Shown: positions 10,077 to 19,779, numbered from the stretch's first letter. The stretch is 64,000 nucleotides of DNA from Truepera sp. (GCA_965218435.1 CBDCKW010000009.1:2144001-2208000); one strand, 5' to 3'. Made by a program: numbers and translations. The notes: generated from the sequence alone by a model not told the origin.

Positions 10077-10686
10077 CGAACACGGCGGTCACGGCTTCTT
10101 CTAGCTGAATAAAGAGCGGATGCTTTTCCAAGTCATTTCCCCGCACCGCGCGGCTAACGCCTCGGTAATACCAAGCCTGTTCACCAAAGGGCGCGTTAAA
10201 CCGTTCCCAAAGCTCCGGACCGATGATTTTTAGGTCGGCCATCATGCTCTGCACGTTATGAAGCTTGTCGGCAGCGGCGATAAGGCGCACATCCAAAGGG
10301 GCGTTTTGTAGGTGAGTAAGGGTATGTTCTTTACGCTCACGCCACGGTAGGTTTTTGTCGGGCTCGCTTTCGGCCTGGACAAGCTCGGCGACCTCGGCCC
10401 CAAACGTGTCGGCGAGCAAGTCGTAAGTGACAGGTGTGTCTTCGAGAACGTCGTGCAAGATGCCTGCTATGACTAGACTTTCGGGAAGGTTGTGCTCGAG
10501 CAGCAGCATCCCTACACCCACCACGTGCGCGATATAAGGGACGTCGATCCCGATGATTTCGTTATGGCCTTTTAGGTCAAGCATCGTTTCGGTGCCTTTA
10601 CGGAGCTGTTCACGGTGGGCTCTAGCGGCGAAGTTGAGGGCATGATTACGTCTAGAAGAAGTGCTGATCAGAAATCCTCCTTGCAA
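10048..10686 (-). CDS. Stand-alone HD-domain (RelA/SpoT hydrolase, Mesh1/SAH-like) phosphohydrolase
   Basis: FAARAHREQLRKG, PYIAH, AGILHDVLEDT and AADKLHN motifs. Confidence 0.85.
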   Translation of the reverse strand: MQGGFLISTSSRRNHALNFAARAHREQLRKGTETMLDLKGHNEIIGIDVPYIAHVVGVGMLLLEHNLPESLVIAGILHDVLEDTPVTYDLLADTFGAEVAELVQAESEPDKNLPWRERKEHTLTHLQNAPLDVRLIAAADKLHNVQSMMADLKIIGPELWERFNAPFGEQAWYYRGVSRAVRGNDLEKHPLFIQLEEAVTAVFGERTTPTYD

Positions 10687-10765
10687 TTATACTGGACTCT
10701 ACGTGTCGCGCAGCTTTAGTGGATTCGTTGAGACAAATCCAACTTTTCAGGCTCATTTTACACAC

Positions 10766-11598
10766 TTAGTCACTTAGGTCTTTCCTTCGTTGCCGATTCG
10801 CTTTTTGCCTACACGCGTTGCCACAGTACTGTGCGTCAGTGCGGACAGATTGAATGTCTAAAAAACGTTCACAAACGCTGCAACGTTTCCAAGCTTCACC
10901 GGCAGCAAAGCGGTGAAAGACTTGAAGCCAATCGCACCAATGAGCGTCTTTGGAGCATAAGAGGGTTGCAACAACAGCGTTTGCTTGTCGAACAAAAGCT
11001 CAATATGAACTCTGTCGGTAACGTTCGTATTAATTTCTATAAGCAGGTGAACGCGCAAAAGCCAAGCTTCGATACGTGATTGGGGCGGCCTCATATGAAG
11101 GATGCCTCCGATAGTGCCCATCCGCGTTGCGCCTGTAAGCGAGATTTCATACTCATCACGGTCAAGCCAGCGGAACGCTGCTAGCTGTGCCTCTTCCGAA
11201 GACTCGATAAGGTTTTGTATTTGTAACACGCGGCGCACTGCTAGGATTTCTTGCTGCCAAAACAGTATAGATTCGCACTTGCCGATAGCCTCACTGTAGG
11301 CGGTTTCCCCTAGAAGGCCATACGCTTTAACGAAAGCCATAATGCCCACTTCATCTGTTTCTGTCTGGGCAAATATTTCGTACAGATCGGATTGCTTGAG
11401 CGGTTCATATGTTTTTGACCTGTACTGTTCATACGCTTTGTCATAGGTGTCGTCATTCAGGATTGGGTGGGTGAGACAAGATGCGACTATATCCAGATCG
11501 TTTCCGTGTGTGTTGTACGTCGGGTGATATTCAATACTGGCGGCTTCCCATTCGTACCCACCGTCCCAAACTGACCAACTAAACGTCTTCATATTCAT
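10766..11598 (-). pseudogene. CGNR zinc-finger-type putative regulator, frameshifted near 10930
   Basis: ORF 10858-11598 plus another frame giving WLQVFHRFAAGEAWKRCSVCERF..QYCGNACRQKANRQRR* (stop 10766-10768). One extra base at ATTGG would fuse them. Confidence 0.7.
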
Positions 11599-11722
11599 TG
11601 GCCTTCAGCGTACCCCGAAAGGGTGCGTTACGGCTCGTTACGGTTAGCGGAAAAATGGCACTTTTACGGTTTGTACGATGAACGCACACCTCACGAGAGG
11701 TAAAAACACCTGAAAGGAAGAC

Positions 11723-11929
11723 ATGATGCAAGAAGAAATGACCTCGAGAAACCTTCTCAGCCCAGCCGAGTTCTACAACTGCTTTGGTGGGATGGTCGGC
11801 AAAAGCTCGATCTACGAAGCCCTCAAAGGCAACCGCATTAAGCACATTAAGCTCGGCAGAAAAATTCTCATCCTAGCGAGTGAGGTCGAAGCGTGGCCTC
11901 TGCGTGAAGCCGAACGCGGGGACGCGTGA
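11723..11929 (+). CDS. Excisionase-like HTH (HTH_17/MerR-like) protein
   Basis: 68 aa, GKSSIYEALKGNRIKHIKLGRKILI; lies within an integrative element. Confidence 0.8.
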   Translation: MMQEEMTSRNLLSPAEFYNCFGGMVGKSSIYEALKGNRIKHIKLGRKILILASEVEAWPLREAERGDA

Positions 11930-12005
11930 ACGTCTCTACCACACACTTTCTGACTCTAGGCGTTGGTCACTTTCACACTTTTCGCGCCACTAAGGAACTG
12001 CGTTA

Positions 12006-12863
12006 ATGGCATCAGGCCGTATGTTGCGTGCGTGTATCTCCGAGTCTGACCAGGTAGCAAACCTAGCAGACGACACGACCCGCCTTATTTTTCTGCTTGT
12101 ACTTGCCCACGCCGACGTAGAGGGGCGTTACTCAGCAAACCCGCTCATCGTCAAGGGCAAGGTCTTACCACTCCTCGAGCTGAGCATAGATAAAATTATG
12201 GACGCCCTTTTGAACCTTGACGATAATGAGCTTATCTACCTTTACGAAGCCGATAGCAAACCTTACCTCGCCTTTCCGGGTTGGACACGCCACCAAAAGG
12301 TGCGCAAAGACCGTGAGTCACCCAAATACCCACCGCCCTCAGAAGTGTTTCCCAAAACCTACGCCGAGCATTCACCGGCTCACGCTCAAATCACCGCCCG
12401 GAGGTGGCCGGGCGTTCTCCCGGATGACGACGGCGTTAAGGTAAGTTCAAATCAAGGTCAAAGTCAAACTCAAGCTAAAGAAAAAAACGAAGGTGCGGAT
12501 ACCCCTGTCGGCTCCCACCGATCTGCGTCCACGGTAGAAGAGTTGTTTGAAATTTACAATCAACACAGAGGCAAACTCCCGGAGGCGGTAAAGCTCAACT
12601 CAAAGCGCATAGACCGTCTCACTGACTTAGCAAAAGAACACGGAGCCGACGAAGCTGCGAAGTTGCTGGCGGACGCAACTCAGTGCGTGGCGCAAGACGC
12701 ATTTTGGCTCGAGCGCGGTTACGGCCTCGATAACTTGCTTGCAGAACTTGGGCGGGTGCTCGAGAAGGCTGAGAAGTTCCGCTCGGGTGTTCGACCGTCG
12801 CGCGGCGGGAAGGCTGAGCACAATCCAGAAAAATCAGCTCAGTATCAGGAGATGGGTTTATGA
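12006..12863 (+). CDS. Phage-type replication initiator / replisome organizer
   Basis: N-terminus MASGRML..S..LADDTTRLIFL..HADVEGR..YLAFPGWTRHQK, low-complexity linker, 4-nt overlap with the DnaC-like gene. Confidence 0.7.
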   Translation: MASGRMLRACISESDQVANLADDTTRLIFLLVLAHADVEGRYSANPLIVKGKVLPLLELSIDKIMDALLNLDDNELIYLYEADSKPYLAFPGWTRHQKVRKDRESPKYPPPSEVFPKTYAEHSPAHAQITARRWPGVLPDDDGVKVSSNQGQSQTQAKEKNEGADTPVGSHRSASTVEELFEIYNQHRGKLPEAVKLNSKRIDRLTDLAKEHGADEAAKLLADATQCVAQDAFWLERGYGLDNLLAELGRVLEKAEKFRSGVRPSRGGKAEHNPEKSAQYQEMGL

Positions 12864-13678
12864 GTCACCTCGAGCTGCGTCGGCTCGGCGCACTGCTTCG
12901 GCCAGGTCATCTTGTCACCACAAAAGATGGACAAGAGTACGAAGTCATACACGAAACGCATCACGACCACGTAATGTGTTTGAAGCAAGATAGCGACTTA
13001 GATTCAGTGACTTGCTGTAAGGTTCCTATAAGCGAACTTTTATTAGGAGAAGATCAAGTAACACCGGCTGCTCGAGTGCGCGTAGCCGAGCAGGGAGAAA
13101 CTAGACGCCGAGAGTTTCTACATAGTCTGACTTATAGACTGCAGGGGTACACGTTTACGAATCTTGAGGTCTATGAAGACAACCGTCAGGCGGTTGAGCT
13201 GTGTAAGAGCTTAGCTTACGGAACCAACTTATTTATCTACGGCGATTCAGGCAACGGTAAGACGATGTTAGCAGTTGCCACCGCGTATGACCTCGCCGCT
13301 TACTACTCGGTAGCGGTATGGAGCGTCGTCGAATGGTTTGAGATGATCCGGACTACGTTCAATTTCCAAAATCAAACTAAGCGACCTGATCTGAAAGGCC
13401 CCGAAGTATTGGTGCTCGACGACATCGGCAAATCAAAGGCGTCTGACTTCGCGTACGAACAACTTTACAACGTAGTGAATTACCGATGGGAGCAGGGCAA
13501 AACCACGATCTTCACCTCAAACCATAGTGCGCAAACCGCTGCTCAAAAGGTATCGCCCGACATAGACAACGCAAATGCGCTGCTGAGCCGTATGGCGTCG
13601 GGCGATGTAGTTAAGGTGACTGGTAGAGATCAGCGCGTGTTACAAGGAAGAATAGGTGCCGCGGCACAAGGCGACTAA
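12860..13678 (+). CDS. DnaC/IstB-like AAA+ helicase loader
   Basis: Walker A GDSGNGKT, Walker B LVLDDIGK, and IFTSN. Confidence 0.85.
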   Translation: MSHLELRRLGALLRPGHLVTTKDGQEYEVIHETHHDHVMCLKQDSDLDSVTCCKVPISELLLGEDQVTPAARVRVAEQGETRRREFLHSLTYRLQGYTFTNLEVYEDNRQAVELCKSLAYGTNLFIYGDSGNGKTMLAVATAYDLAAYYSVAVWSVVEWFEMIRTTFNFQNQTKRPDLKGPEVLVLDDIGKSKASDFAYEQLYNVVNYRWEQGKTTIFTSNHSAQTAAQKVSPDIDNANALLSRMASGDVVKVTGRDQRVLQGRIGAAAQGD

Positions 13679-13748
13679 TCTCTTGCCATTACTACCACGC
13701 ACGTGTAATAATTGTGTGTGAACAAAAGCCGATGCGGTACGCTCTGCT

Positions 13749-13994
13749 ATGATTCGCTGGAAACTCAAAACTGTCTTAAAAGAGTACAACCTCACTCCTT
13801 ACCGGCTTGCAAAGGCTACAAACGGCAAGCTCTCGCTCAACGCTACATACAACGCCGTGGCTGATGGCCTCACTGGTGTCAAATTCGAGTCCTTAAGCAT
13901 TATCATAAGTGCGCTACGGGTGCTGACCGGAAGACAAATTGGTGTTGAGGACCTTTTCGAGTTTGTGGAAGATGGGCCTAAGCAGAAAGCGTAG
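13749..13994 (+). CDS. XRE/Cro-like HTH regulator
   Basis: MIRWKLKTVLKEYNLTPYRLAK..VEDLFEF pattern. Confidence 0.75.
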   Translation: MIRWKLKTVLKEYNLTPYRLAKATNGKLSLNATYNAVADGLTGVKFESLSIIISALRVLTGRQIGVEDLFEFVEDGPKQKA

Positions 13995-14059
13995 GTGAAA
14001 TGAACAGCACCTTTTCAAGGTGATCGTTCTGTAAACTTAAACAAAGTCTCGAGTAGCCC

Positions 14060-14239
14060 GGCTTTGCACAAAAAGTCCTCTCCAGCCTCATAAGTTTTCA
14101 CGCCATAAAATCGACGAATAGACTGGAATAAGCTTTGTAGTCACCGACGCAAATTTCAAAGTCCCTCAACAAGCTTCGGTGCAAGTAAATTTTCCAAAAT
14201 GCATCCTTATGACTTTTTGTAGACTTTTTGTGCAAAGCC
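14060..14239. mobile_element. 180-bp MITE with IS903-like ends
   Basis: 18-bp perfect TIRs GGCTTTGCACAAAAAGTC (14060-14077 / 14222-14239); 9-bp direct repeat GAGTAGCCC at 14051-14059 and 14240-14248. Confidence 0.9.
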
Positions 14240-14322
14240 GAGTAGCCCCTAGAAACGATGCAAACTTGTAAAGCTTAAAATCAATGTTTTCGAGCCTAGT
14301 AGGGTATAGAGAGGTGTAGATC

Positions 14323-15522
14323 ATGGGAAGACGCGCGAAAGGTGAAGGCAGTATCACTCAACATGCAAAAGGTCATTGGCAAGCTGAGTTTTTATTGGGG
14401 CATGACGAAAACGGCAAACGCAAACGCAAGTACATCACTGGAAGAACTCAAAAAGAAGTGCGCGAAAAACTAGACGCGCTTAAACAGCAACTTCACAGCG
14501 GCACCTACTCGGACACAAAGCTGACACTTAAGCAGTATCTAACCGATTGGCTCGAGGACAAGAGAAGGCAGGTCGAACCGAAGACGTTAGAAGGCTACAC
14601 GCGCACAGCGAAGCACCTTTCTCGACATCTCGGCGGGGTACAACTCTCTAAACTTACCCCGGTGCAGATTCAGCGGGCACTCGCATTAATCTGTGATGAT
14701 TCAGCTGCTGTCGTCGCTAAACGTAAAAATGGGGTGGCCAAAGAGGGTGCTGGGGTAAGAACTGCTAACCAATGTCGTACGAACTTGCATACTGCGCTCG
14801 AGGACGCTGTGCGGATGCAACTGCTAATGCGCAATCCCGTCGCCGCAACCAAGCCATTAAAAGCCGCCTTAGAGGAAGTTACGTTTTGGACGCCACCCCA
14901 GATGAGTGTGTTCATGGATGTTGCGCGCTCGAGCCCGCTTTACGCTTTATTTACTTTAGCCATAGGTTCGGGTTTGAGGCGTGGTGAGCTGTTAGGGCTG
15001 CGGTGGATAGACGTAGAAGCGAATGCCATTAACGTTCGGCAGGCGTTGAAGCTCAAAGACAACAAGATTACCTTCGGCCCGCCGAAGACGAAAAGCAGTG
15101 CTCGGCGTGTACCTGTTTCCCCAGATGTCATAGTCGCTCTGAGAGCGTACAAAGAGCTCCAGGATGCTGTTAAAGCCGAGCTGGGTAGCGGGTACATAGA
15201 CAGAGGCTTAGTATTCACTACAAGTCTCGGCACCCCTATCCACCCGCGCAATCTGGAAAGAACTTGGTACAAACTGCAGGAGCAGGCGAGAGCGCGTTTG
15301 AGCAACCTGCCGCACGGCGGCCTTCATACGCTCAGACACTTTCACGCGTCGCTCGCCATCCGAAACGGTATGGATTCTAAAATGCTGAGTGACCGTTTGG
15401 GACATACCGATGTGAGACTGACACTCAACCGCTACACCCATATTTGGGATGAAATGCGCTCTGCTAGCGCGGTAGACATTTCAAGCCTGCTCACGCCTCA
15501 AACGCCGCTTGCCGTCAACTAA
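14323..15522 (+). CDS. int: Tyrosine recombinase (phage/ICE integrase)
   Basis: MGRRAKGEGSI arm-binding N-terminus; GLRRGELLGLRW, PKT, LHTLRHFHAS and LGHTD..RYTH catalytic residues. Confidence 0.95.
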   Translation: MGRRAKGEGSITQHAKGHWQAEFLLGHDENGKRKRKYITGRTQKEVREKLDALKQQLHSGTYSDTKLTLKQYLTDWLEDKRRQVEPKTLEGYTRTAKHLSRHLGGVQLSKLTPVQIQRALALICDDSAAVVAKRKNGVAKEGAGVRTANQCRTNLHTALEDAVRMQLLMRNPVAATKPLKAALEEVTFWTPPQMSVFMDVARSSPLYALFTLAIGSGLRRGELLGLRWIDVEANAINVRQALKLKDNKITFGPPKTKSSARRVPVSPDVIVALRAYKELQDAVKAELGSGYIDRGLVFTTSLGTPIHPRNLERTWYKLQEQARARLSNLPHGGLHTLRHFHASLAIRNGMDSKMLSDRLGHTDVRLTLNRYTHIWDEMRSASAVDISSLLTPQTPLAVN

Positions 15523-15563
15523 AGCTGTAACCTGTAAACAACCTGTAAAAGGGTCCTAATGGA

Positions 15564-15594
15564 AAACGCACTTCTTGAATGAAGTGCGTTTCTT
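15564..15594. terminator. Hairpin between int and tRNA-Ala, probably bidirectional terminator
   Basis: AAACGCACTTC-ttgaat-GAAGTGCGTTT. Confidence 0.65.
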
Positions 15595-15606
15595 GTGTCC
15601 GTGACG

Positions 15607-15682
15607 TGGTGGAGCCTATCAGATTTGAACTGATGACCCCCTGCTTGCAAAGCAGGTGCTCTCCCAGCTGAGCTAAGGCCCC
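15607..15682 (-). tRNA. tRNA-Ala (TGC)
   Basis: Reverse complement GGGGCCTTAGCTCAGCTGGGAGAGCACCTGCTTTGCAAGCAGGGGGTCATCAGTTCAAATCTGATAGGCTCCACCA; 76 nt, encoded CCA. Confidence 0.97.
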
Positions 15683-15818
15683 TAGACAGCAAAAGTAAGG
15701 ATACCGGGTTCTTTATTCCTCGTCAAGAGCCTTGGGTAACTCAGAGCGACTCACGCCTAAGGCAACACGTCGGCTGTTTTGAATAAGAGCACCGTATCCG
15801 GCGGTAGAATAGTGGGAG

Positions 15819-17648
15819 ATGCAAGCTTCTGACCTGCCTGTTCTGCCTACTCAACCCGGATGTTACTTGTTTCACGCGCCTGACGGTGAAGTTATCTATG
15901 TCGGCAAAGCCATCAATCTCCGCAGCCGGGTACGGAGTTACTTTAGCGCCACTGCGCCGCAAAAAGCGCAGCTAACCAGCCAGCGGGCACAGAGGCTCGA
16001 GTTTATCGTCACCAAATCCGAGGTCGAGGCGCTGATTTTAGAATCGAACCTCATCAAACGCTATAAACCGCACTACAACGTCCTCTTAAAAGACGATAAG
16101 AGTTACCCCTTTTTGAAACTCACGAATGAAGCGTTTCCGATGCTCCTCTTTACGCGGCGCATCATCAAAGACGGCGCGACGTACTTTGGGCCGTACCCGA
16201 ACCCCGGTTCGGTCAGAAAGGTACAAGAACTCGTCGGCTCGATCTTTCCGCTCCGGCAAAACAGCGGCGTGCCCATGCAGCCGCGTAAAAAACCGTGTTT
16301 ACGGTTTCATATGGGCCGCTGCCTCGCGCCGTGTATCGGCAACGTCACGGTTGATGAGTACGCCAAGGTGGTGCGGCAGGTCAAGACGTTTCTCGAGGGC
16401 GATGTGGCAGGCACCGCGGCGCAGTTAGAAGAGGAGATGAAGGCGGCGGCGGGCCGTCAGGATTTTGAGTTGGCTACCTTGTACCGTGACCGTTTGGGAG
16501 CCCTGCAACGGCTCACCGGTTACGACTCGGACGTCGCAAGGGCAACGGACGACGACCTCGACTTTTTGGGCGTGGCGCAGGCTGGCAACTTTGCGATGGT
16601 GCAGCTTTTTCAGATGCGGCGCGGGCGCGTGGTCGGGCGGGACAAGCGGTTTTTAACCAACGCGGAAGGCGCGTCAGAGAGCGAGATTCTCGAGCGGTTT
16701 ATGGCCGACTACTACGCGCAGGTGATGCAGGTGCCGCCGCTGATTTTGGTACCGTCCGAACTCGACCAAGCGGTGTGGACGACCTTTTTATCCGAGCGGG
16801 CGGGCAAACGGACCGAACTGCGGGTCCCACAGCGGGGCGACAAGCTCGAGCTGATGGGCATGGCCTCACGCAACGCCACGACGGGGCTCGAGGCTGAACT
16901 CGCGCTCTTAGAAAAACGCGGCGAAGCCCCCGGCGTTCAAGAATTGCAAACATTGGCTGAGCTTGAAACCGCCCCCTACCGGATTGAGGGCTTTGACATC
17001 TCGAACCTCATGGGCACGCATACGACCGCTTCGGTTGTGGTCTTTGAAGGCGGGCGGGCGCGGCGCTCCGAATACCGCAAAATGCGTATTACGGGCCTCA
17101 GCCAACCTGACGATTTTTACTCGATGCACCAGGCGGTGTACCGGCGCTTTACGGGGTCATTGGCCGACAAAATGCCGCTGCCCGACCTGCTCCTGATTGA
17201 CGGGGGCAAAGGGCAGCTGTCGGCGGCGCGCCGAGCGTTAAAAGACGCGGGGCTCGAGCTGCCGATGCTGGGTTTGGCTAAGAAAGAAGAGACCATCATC
17301 CGTGAGGGTGCATCTGAAATCCTCGTGCCGGAAACGCATCCGGCGCTCCGCCTGCTCATCAATATCCGCGACGAAGCGCACCGCACCGCCGTGGGTTACA
17401 ACCGCAAACAACGCGGCGCGGCGATGACCCGGAGTTTACTCGACGATGTGCCGGGGATCGGTCCGGCCCGAAGAGACGCGCTGTTGTCACGGTTCTCGAG
17501 CCTTGACGAACTCCGTGACGCCGAGGTCAAAGACCTCGCCAAGATTCCGGGGATGGGCCGGATCGCAGCGGAGGCGGTTAAAGAATTCCTAAGCGGGCTT
17601 TCTAACGAGCCGGTAATGAATGGGTCTAATGAGCCAGTCTCGACCTGA
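15819..17648 (+). CDS. uvrC: Excinuclease ABC subunit C
   Basis: GIY-YIG (YVGKAINLRSRVRSYF), RIEGFDIS, LIDGGKGQ, RDEAHR and HhH tail. Confidence 0.97.
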   Translation: MQASDLPVLPTQPGCYLFHAPDGEVIYVGKAINLRSRVRSYFSATAPQKAQLTSQRAQRLEFIVTKSEVEALILESNLIKRYKPHYNVLLKDDKSYPFLKLTNEAFPMLLFTRRIIKDGATYFGPYPNPGSVRKVQELVGSIFPLRQNSGVPMQPRKKPCLRFHMGRCLAPCIGNVTVDEYAKVVRQVKTFLEGDVAGTAAQLEEEMKAAAGRQDFELATLYRDRLGALQRLTGYDSDVARATDDDLDFLGVAQAGNFAMVQLFQMRRGRVVGRDKRFLTNAEGASESEILERFMADYYAQVMQVPPLILVPSELDQAVWTTFLSERAGKRTELRVPQRGDKLELMGMASRNATTGLEAELALLEKRGEAPGVQELQTLAELETAPYRIEGFDISNLMGTHTTASVVVFEGGRARRSEYRKMRITGLSQPDDFYSMHQAVYRRFTGSLADKMPLPDLLLIDGGKGQLSAARRALKDAGLELPMLGLAKKEETIIREGASEILVPETHPALRLLINIRDEAHRTAVGYNRKQRGAAMTRSLLDDVPGIGPARRDALLSRFSSLDELRDAEVKDLAKIPGMGRIAAEAVKEFLSGLSNEPVMNGSNEPVST

Positions 17649-18225
17649 CGCGAACGGCCAAAAGTGCCAGCACCGCAAGCCCAAGCAGGGCCGCGACGAC
17701 AACTTCATACGTCCCCAGAATCTCTACCAGTGTGCGCCAGTTTTTCCCTAGCAGCGTCCCGGCGTAGAGCAGCGCAGCGTTCCAAAGTACCGTCCCGAGC
17801 GTGGTGAAAAGTGAAAAACGCACCCATGACATCGGTTTGATGCCAGCGGGCACCGAGATAAGGCTGCGCACCGTTGGAATAACGCGGCTAAAAAACAAAG
17901 CTGCACTTTCAAAGCGGTCGAAAAGTGTGAGCGTCCTGTCTAAGTCGCGCTCAGAAACGAGTATCAAGCGGCCGTAGCGCCTTATGGAATGCCGGACGCG
18001 CTGTTCCCCAACTGCCCTGGCCGCGCCATAAATCCCAACCTGCCCGACCATCGCGCCGAACGTCGCTGCAAGCAAAACGCCCGCAAAACTCAGCTCACCG
18101 CGGGCGACCAAAAATCCGGCGAGCGGCATCACGAGTTCGGGAGCGGCAACAACCATCACTAGCGCGATCCCACCGTAACCGAGGGTGCCCGTCAGGGTCG
18201 TTACCAACATCAAGAAGTTAGTCAA
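17626..18225 (-). CDS. DedA family membrane protein
   Basis: PELVMPLAGF, RVIPTVRSLISVPAG and hydrophobic segments. Confidence 0.9.
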   Translation of the reverse strand: MTNFLMLVTTLTGTLGYGGIALVMVVAAPELVMPLAGFLVARGELSFAGVLLAATFGAMVGQVGIYGAARAVGEQRVRHSIRRYGRLILVSERDLDRTLTLFDRFESAALFFSRVIPTVRSLISVPAGIKPMSWVRFSLFTTLGTVLWNAALLYAGTLLGKNWRTLVEILGTYEVVVAALLGLAVLALLAVRVRSRLAH

Positions 18226-18324
18226 AATAGCTCACAATCTATCTTTCACAGTTTATCCTAACGTGCAACCATCAGCTGACTTGTGTAGGTGTAGTACAGG
18301 TTTGCAGGCTGCGCTGACGGTAAC

Positions 18325-18888
18325 TCAGGGAATGAGATGCTCGGAGACGCTTTTCGCGGCGTGCTCGAGCCACGCCCAACGCGTGTATTCCATCTGCACG
18401 TCTACGCGGCCCCGGCTCGTCAACAGCCGACGTTTTTCGTGAAAGCCGACCTTTTTGAAGGCAGCTTGCGCCCGTTCATTATCGCCAAAGGTGCTCAGTT
18501 TGACGCGCTCGAGTTCAAGTGTGCCAAACGCGTAATCTAACAGGGCGTGAACCGCCTCGGGGCCGAAGCCTCGGTTCCAGTGGCTGCGCTCCCCGATAAT
18601 GATTCCCAGTGTCGCCTGGTCGTGGCGAATATCGTAGAGTTCAATCGTCCCGATATAGCTTTCTTGGCCTTCAGAGGTGTCAAAAATTCCGTAGGTTTCG
18701 CGGTCGCTGCGGCGGCTGTCAGCGCGGAGCACTCGCCGGAGCAACCATAAGGGCATCCGGCTCGGGGGCGTGCCGTTTAAGTGCGCGATTTCCGGGTCGC
18801 GGAAGTGCGCGTGAACGCGCCGCCACGCCCCCGTGTCGAGTTCAGAGATAGGTTTAAGCGCTACTCGCCCGTACCGCATCGAAGCCAT
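18325..18888 (-). CDS. GNAT family (RimJ/RimL-like) acetyltransferase
   Basis: HWNRGFGPEA and NERAQAAFKKVGF motifs. Confidence 0.85.
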   Translation of the reverse strand: MASMRYGRVALKPISELDTGAWRRVHAHFRDPEIAHLNGTPPSRMPLWLLRRVLRADSRRSDRETYGIFDTSEGQESYIGTIELYDIRHDQATLGIIIGERSHWNRGFGPEAVHALLDYAFGTLELERVKLSTFGDNERAQAAFKKVGFHEKRRLLTSRGRVDVQMEYTRWAWLEHAAKSVSEHLIP

Positions 18889-18975
18889 CAGAGGTATCTT
18901 ATCGCTTTGACGTACTAAAGGACGTTACAGACACCGCTATCTCGGCTGTGTGAACTGACCATCTACGAGCATTTT

Positions 18976-19705
18976 CTAAGTACGGGACAAAAGCTAAATA
19001 CAGAAGCTGAGGTCATGATGATTAAGGGGCAAATTTTTAAGCAGCAATCTAAGATGATCAAGTCTATGACGAAAGACCGATTTTTTCCCTGCGTAGGTGA
19101 GACTTGAGGTGCAAGGGTTTGAGCTTGCTGTCATGAAGCCGTTCGTCAACAGGGTAAGCCCATAGGTGAGCATCGCAAATGCTGCGGCACCATTTGCCTA
19201 ACCTGGCAAAAGCGACACTTAGCAGGGTGAAAAGGATATCGAGCTTGGCAAGGTTGGTGAGGTGGGTTGCTTCTGGCTCGAAACCCATTTTCTTGAGCGC
19301 CGAGAAGAGCATCTCAATTTCCCAACGACGTTTATAGGCGAGAAACGCGGAGGCAAAAGTACGGTTGGTGGCGATAATCGCGTAGTCGTTTGCGACGATC
19401 TTCATACCAGCTAAGCGTAAGCTGCAACCGTAGAGGTGGTAAGGATGATGCCGTGTTTTAAGTTCACCTAGCTTTAAGTGTGTAAAAGCGTGTAGACCGG
19501 ACACCAGCTCTCACATAGACTGTCTTTGCGAATACGGATGGTAAACGGTGCACGACGCTTATTAAGGTAGTTGAACCAGCTCACGCCGATAAACTTCCTG
19601 AACTAGACCCAACGGGCCGGCCGAAGGTTGCCCGTTCTATGTCGGCTAAGAGAAAGACAATATCTTGCGGCTTAACAAGCTTGAGCAAGTCTTGAAACAA
19701 GTCAA
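18976..19705 (-). pseudogene. Decayed IS4-family element, paralog of 22976-24104
   Basis: Same TIR CTAAGTACGGGACAAAA at 18976; YKRRWEIEMLFSALK motif; frameshifts and two short insertions. The far boundary is approximate. Confidence 0.85.
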
Positions 19706-19779
19706 CTGGCAATTCACTACCGCTGATGCGCACATTAAATTGGCTCGTCTTTATACTGTAAACCTAAATTGACAACCTA

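Larger units (their letters stand above)
3506..15606. mobile_element. Integrative element / phage-satellite-like defence island at tRNA-Ala, left end missing
   Basis: Integrase abutting the tRNA 3' end, xis, rep and DnaC-like genes, defence cargo. No second copy of the tRNA 3' end was seen. Confidence 0.8.

Noticed and set aside
12440..12485. TCAA-periodic stretch in rep as replication-origin iterons
   Set aside because: Imperfect 6-nt periodicity is explained by a low-complexity QGQSQTQ linker; insufficient support.
11723..15522. Complete prophage
   Set aside because: No terminase, portal, capsid, tail or lysis genes in the window.
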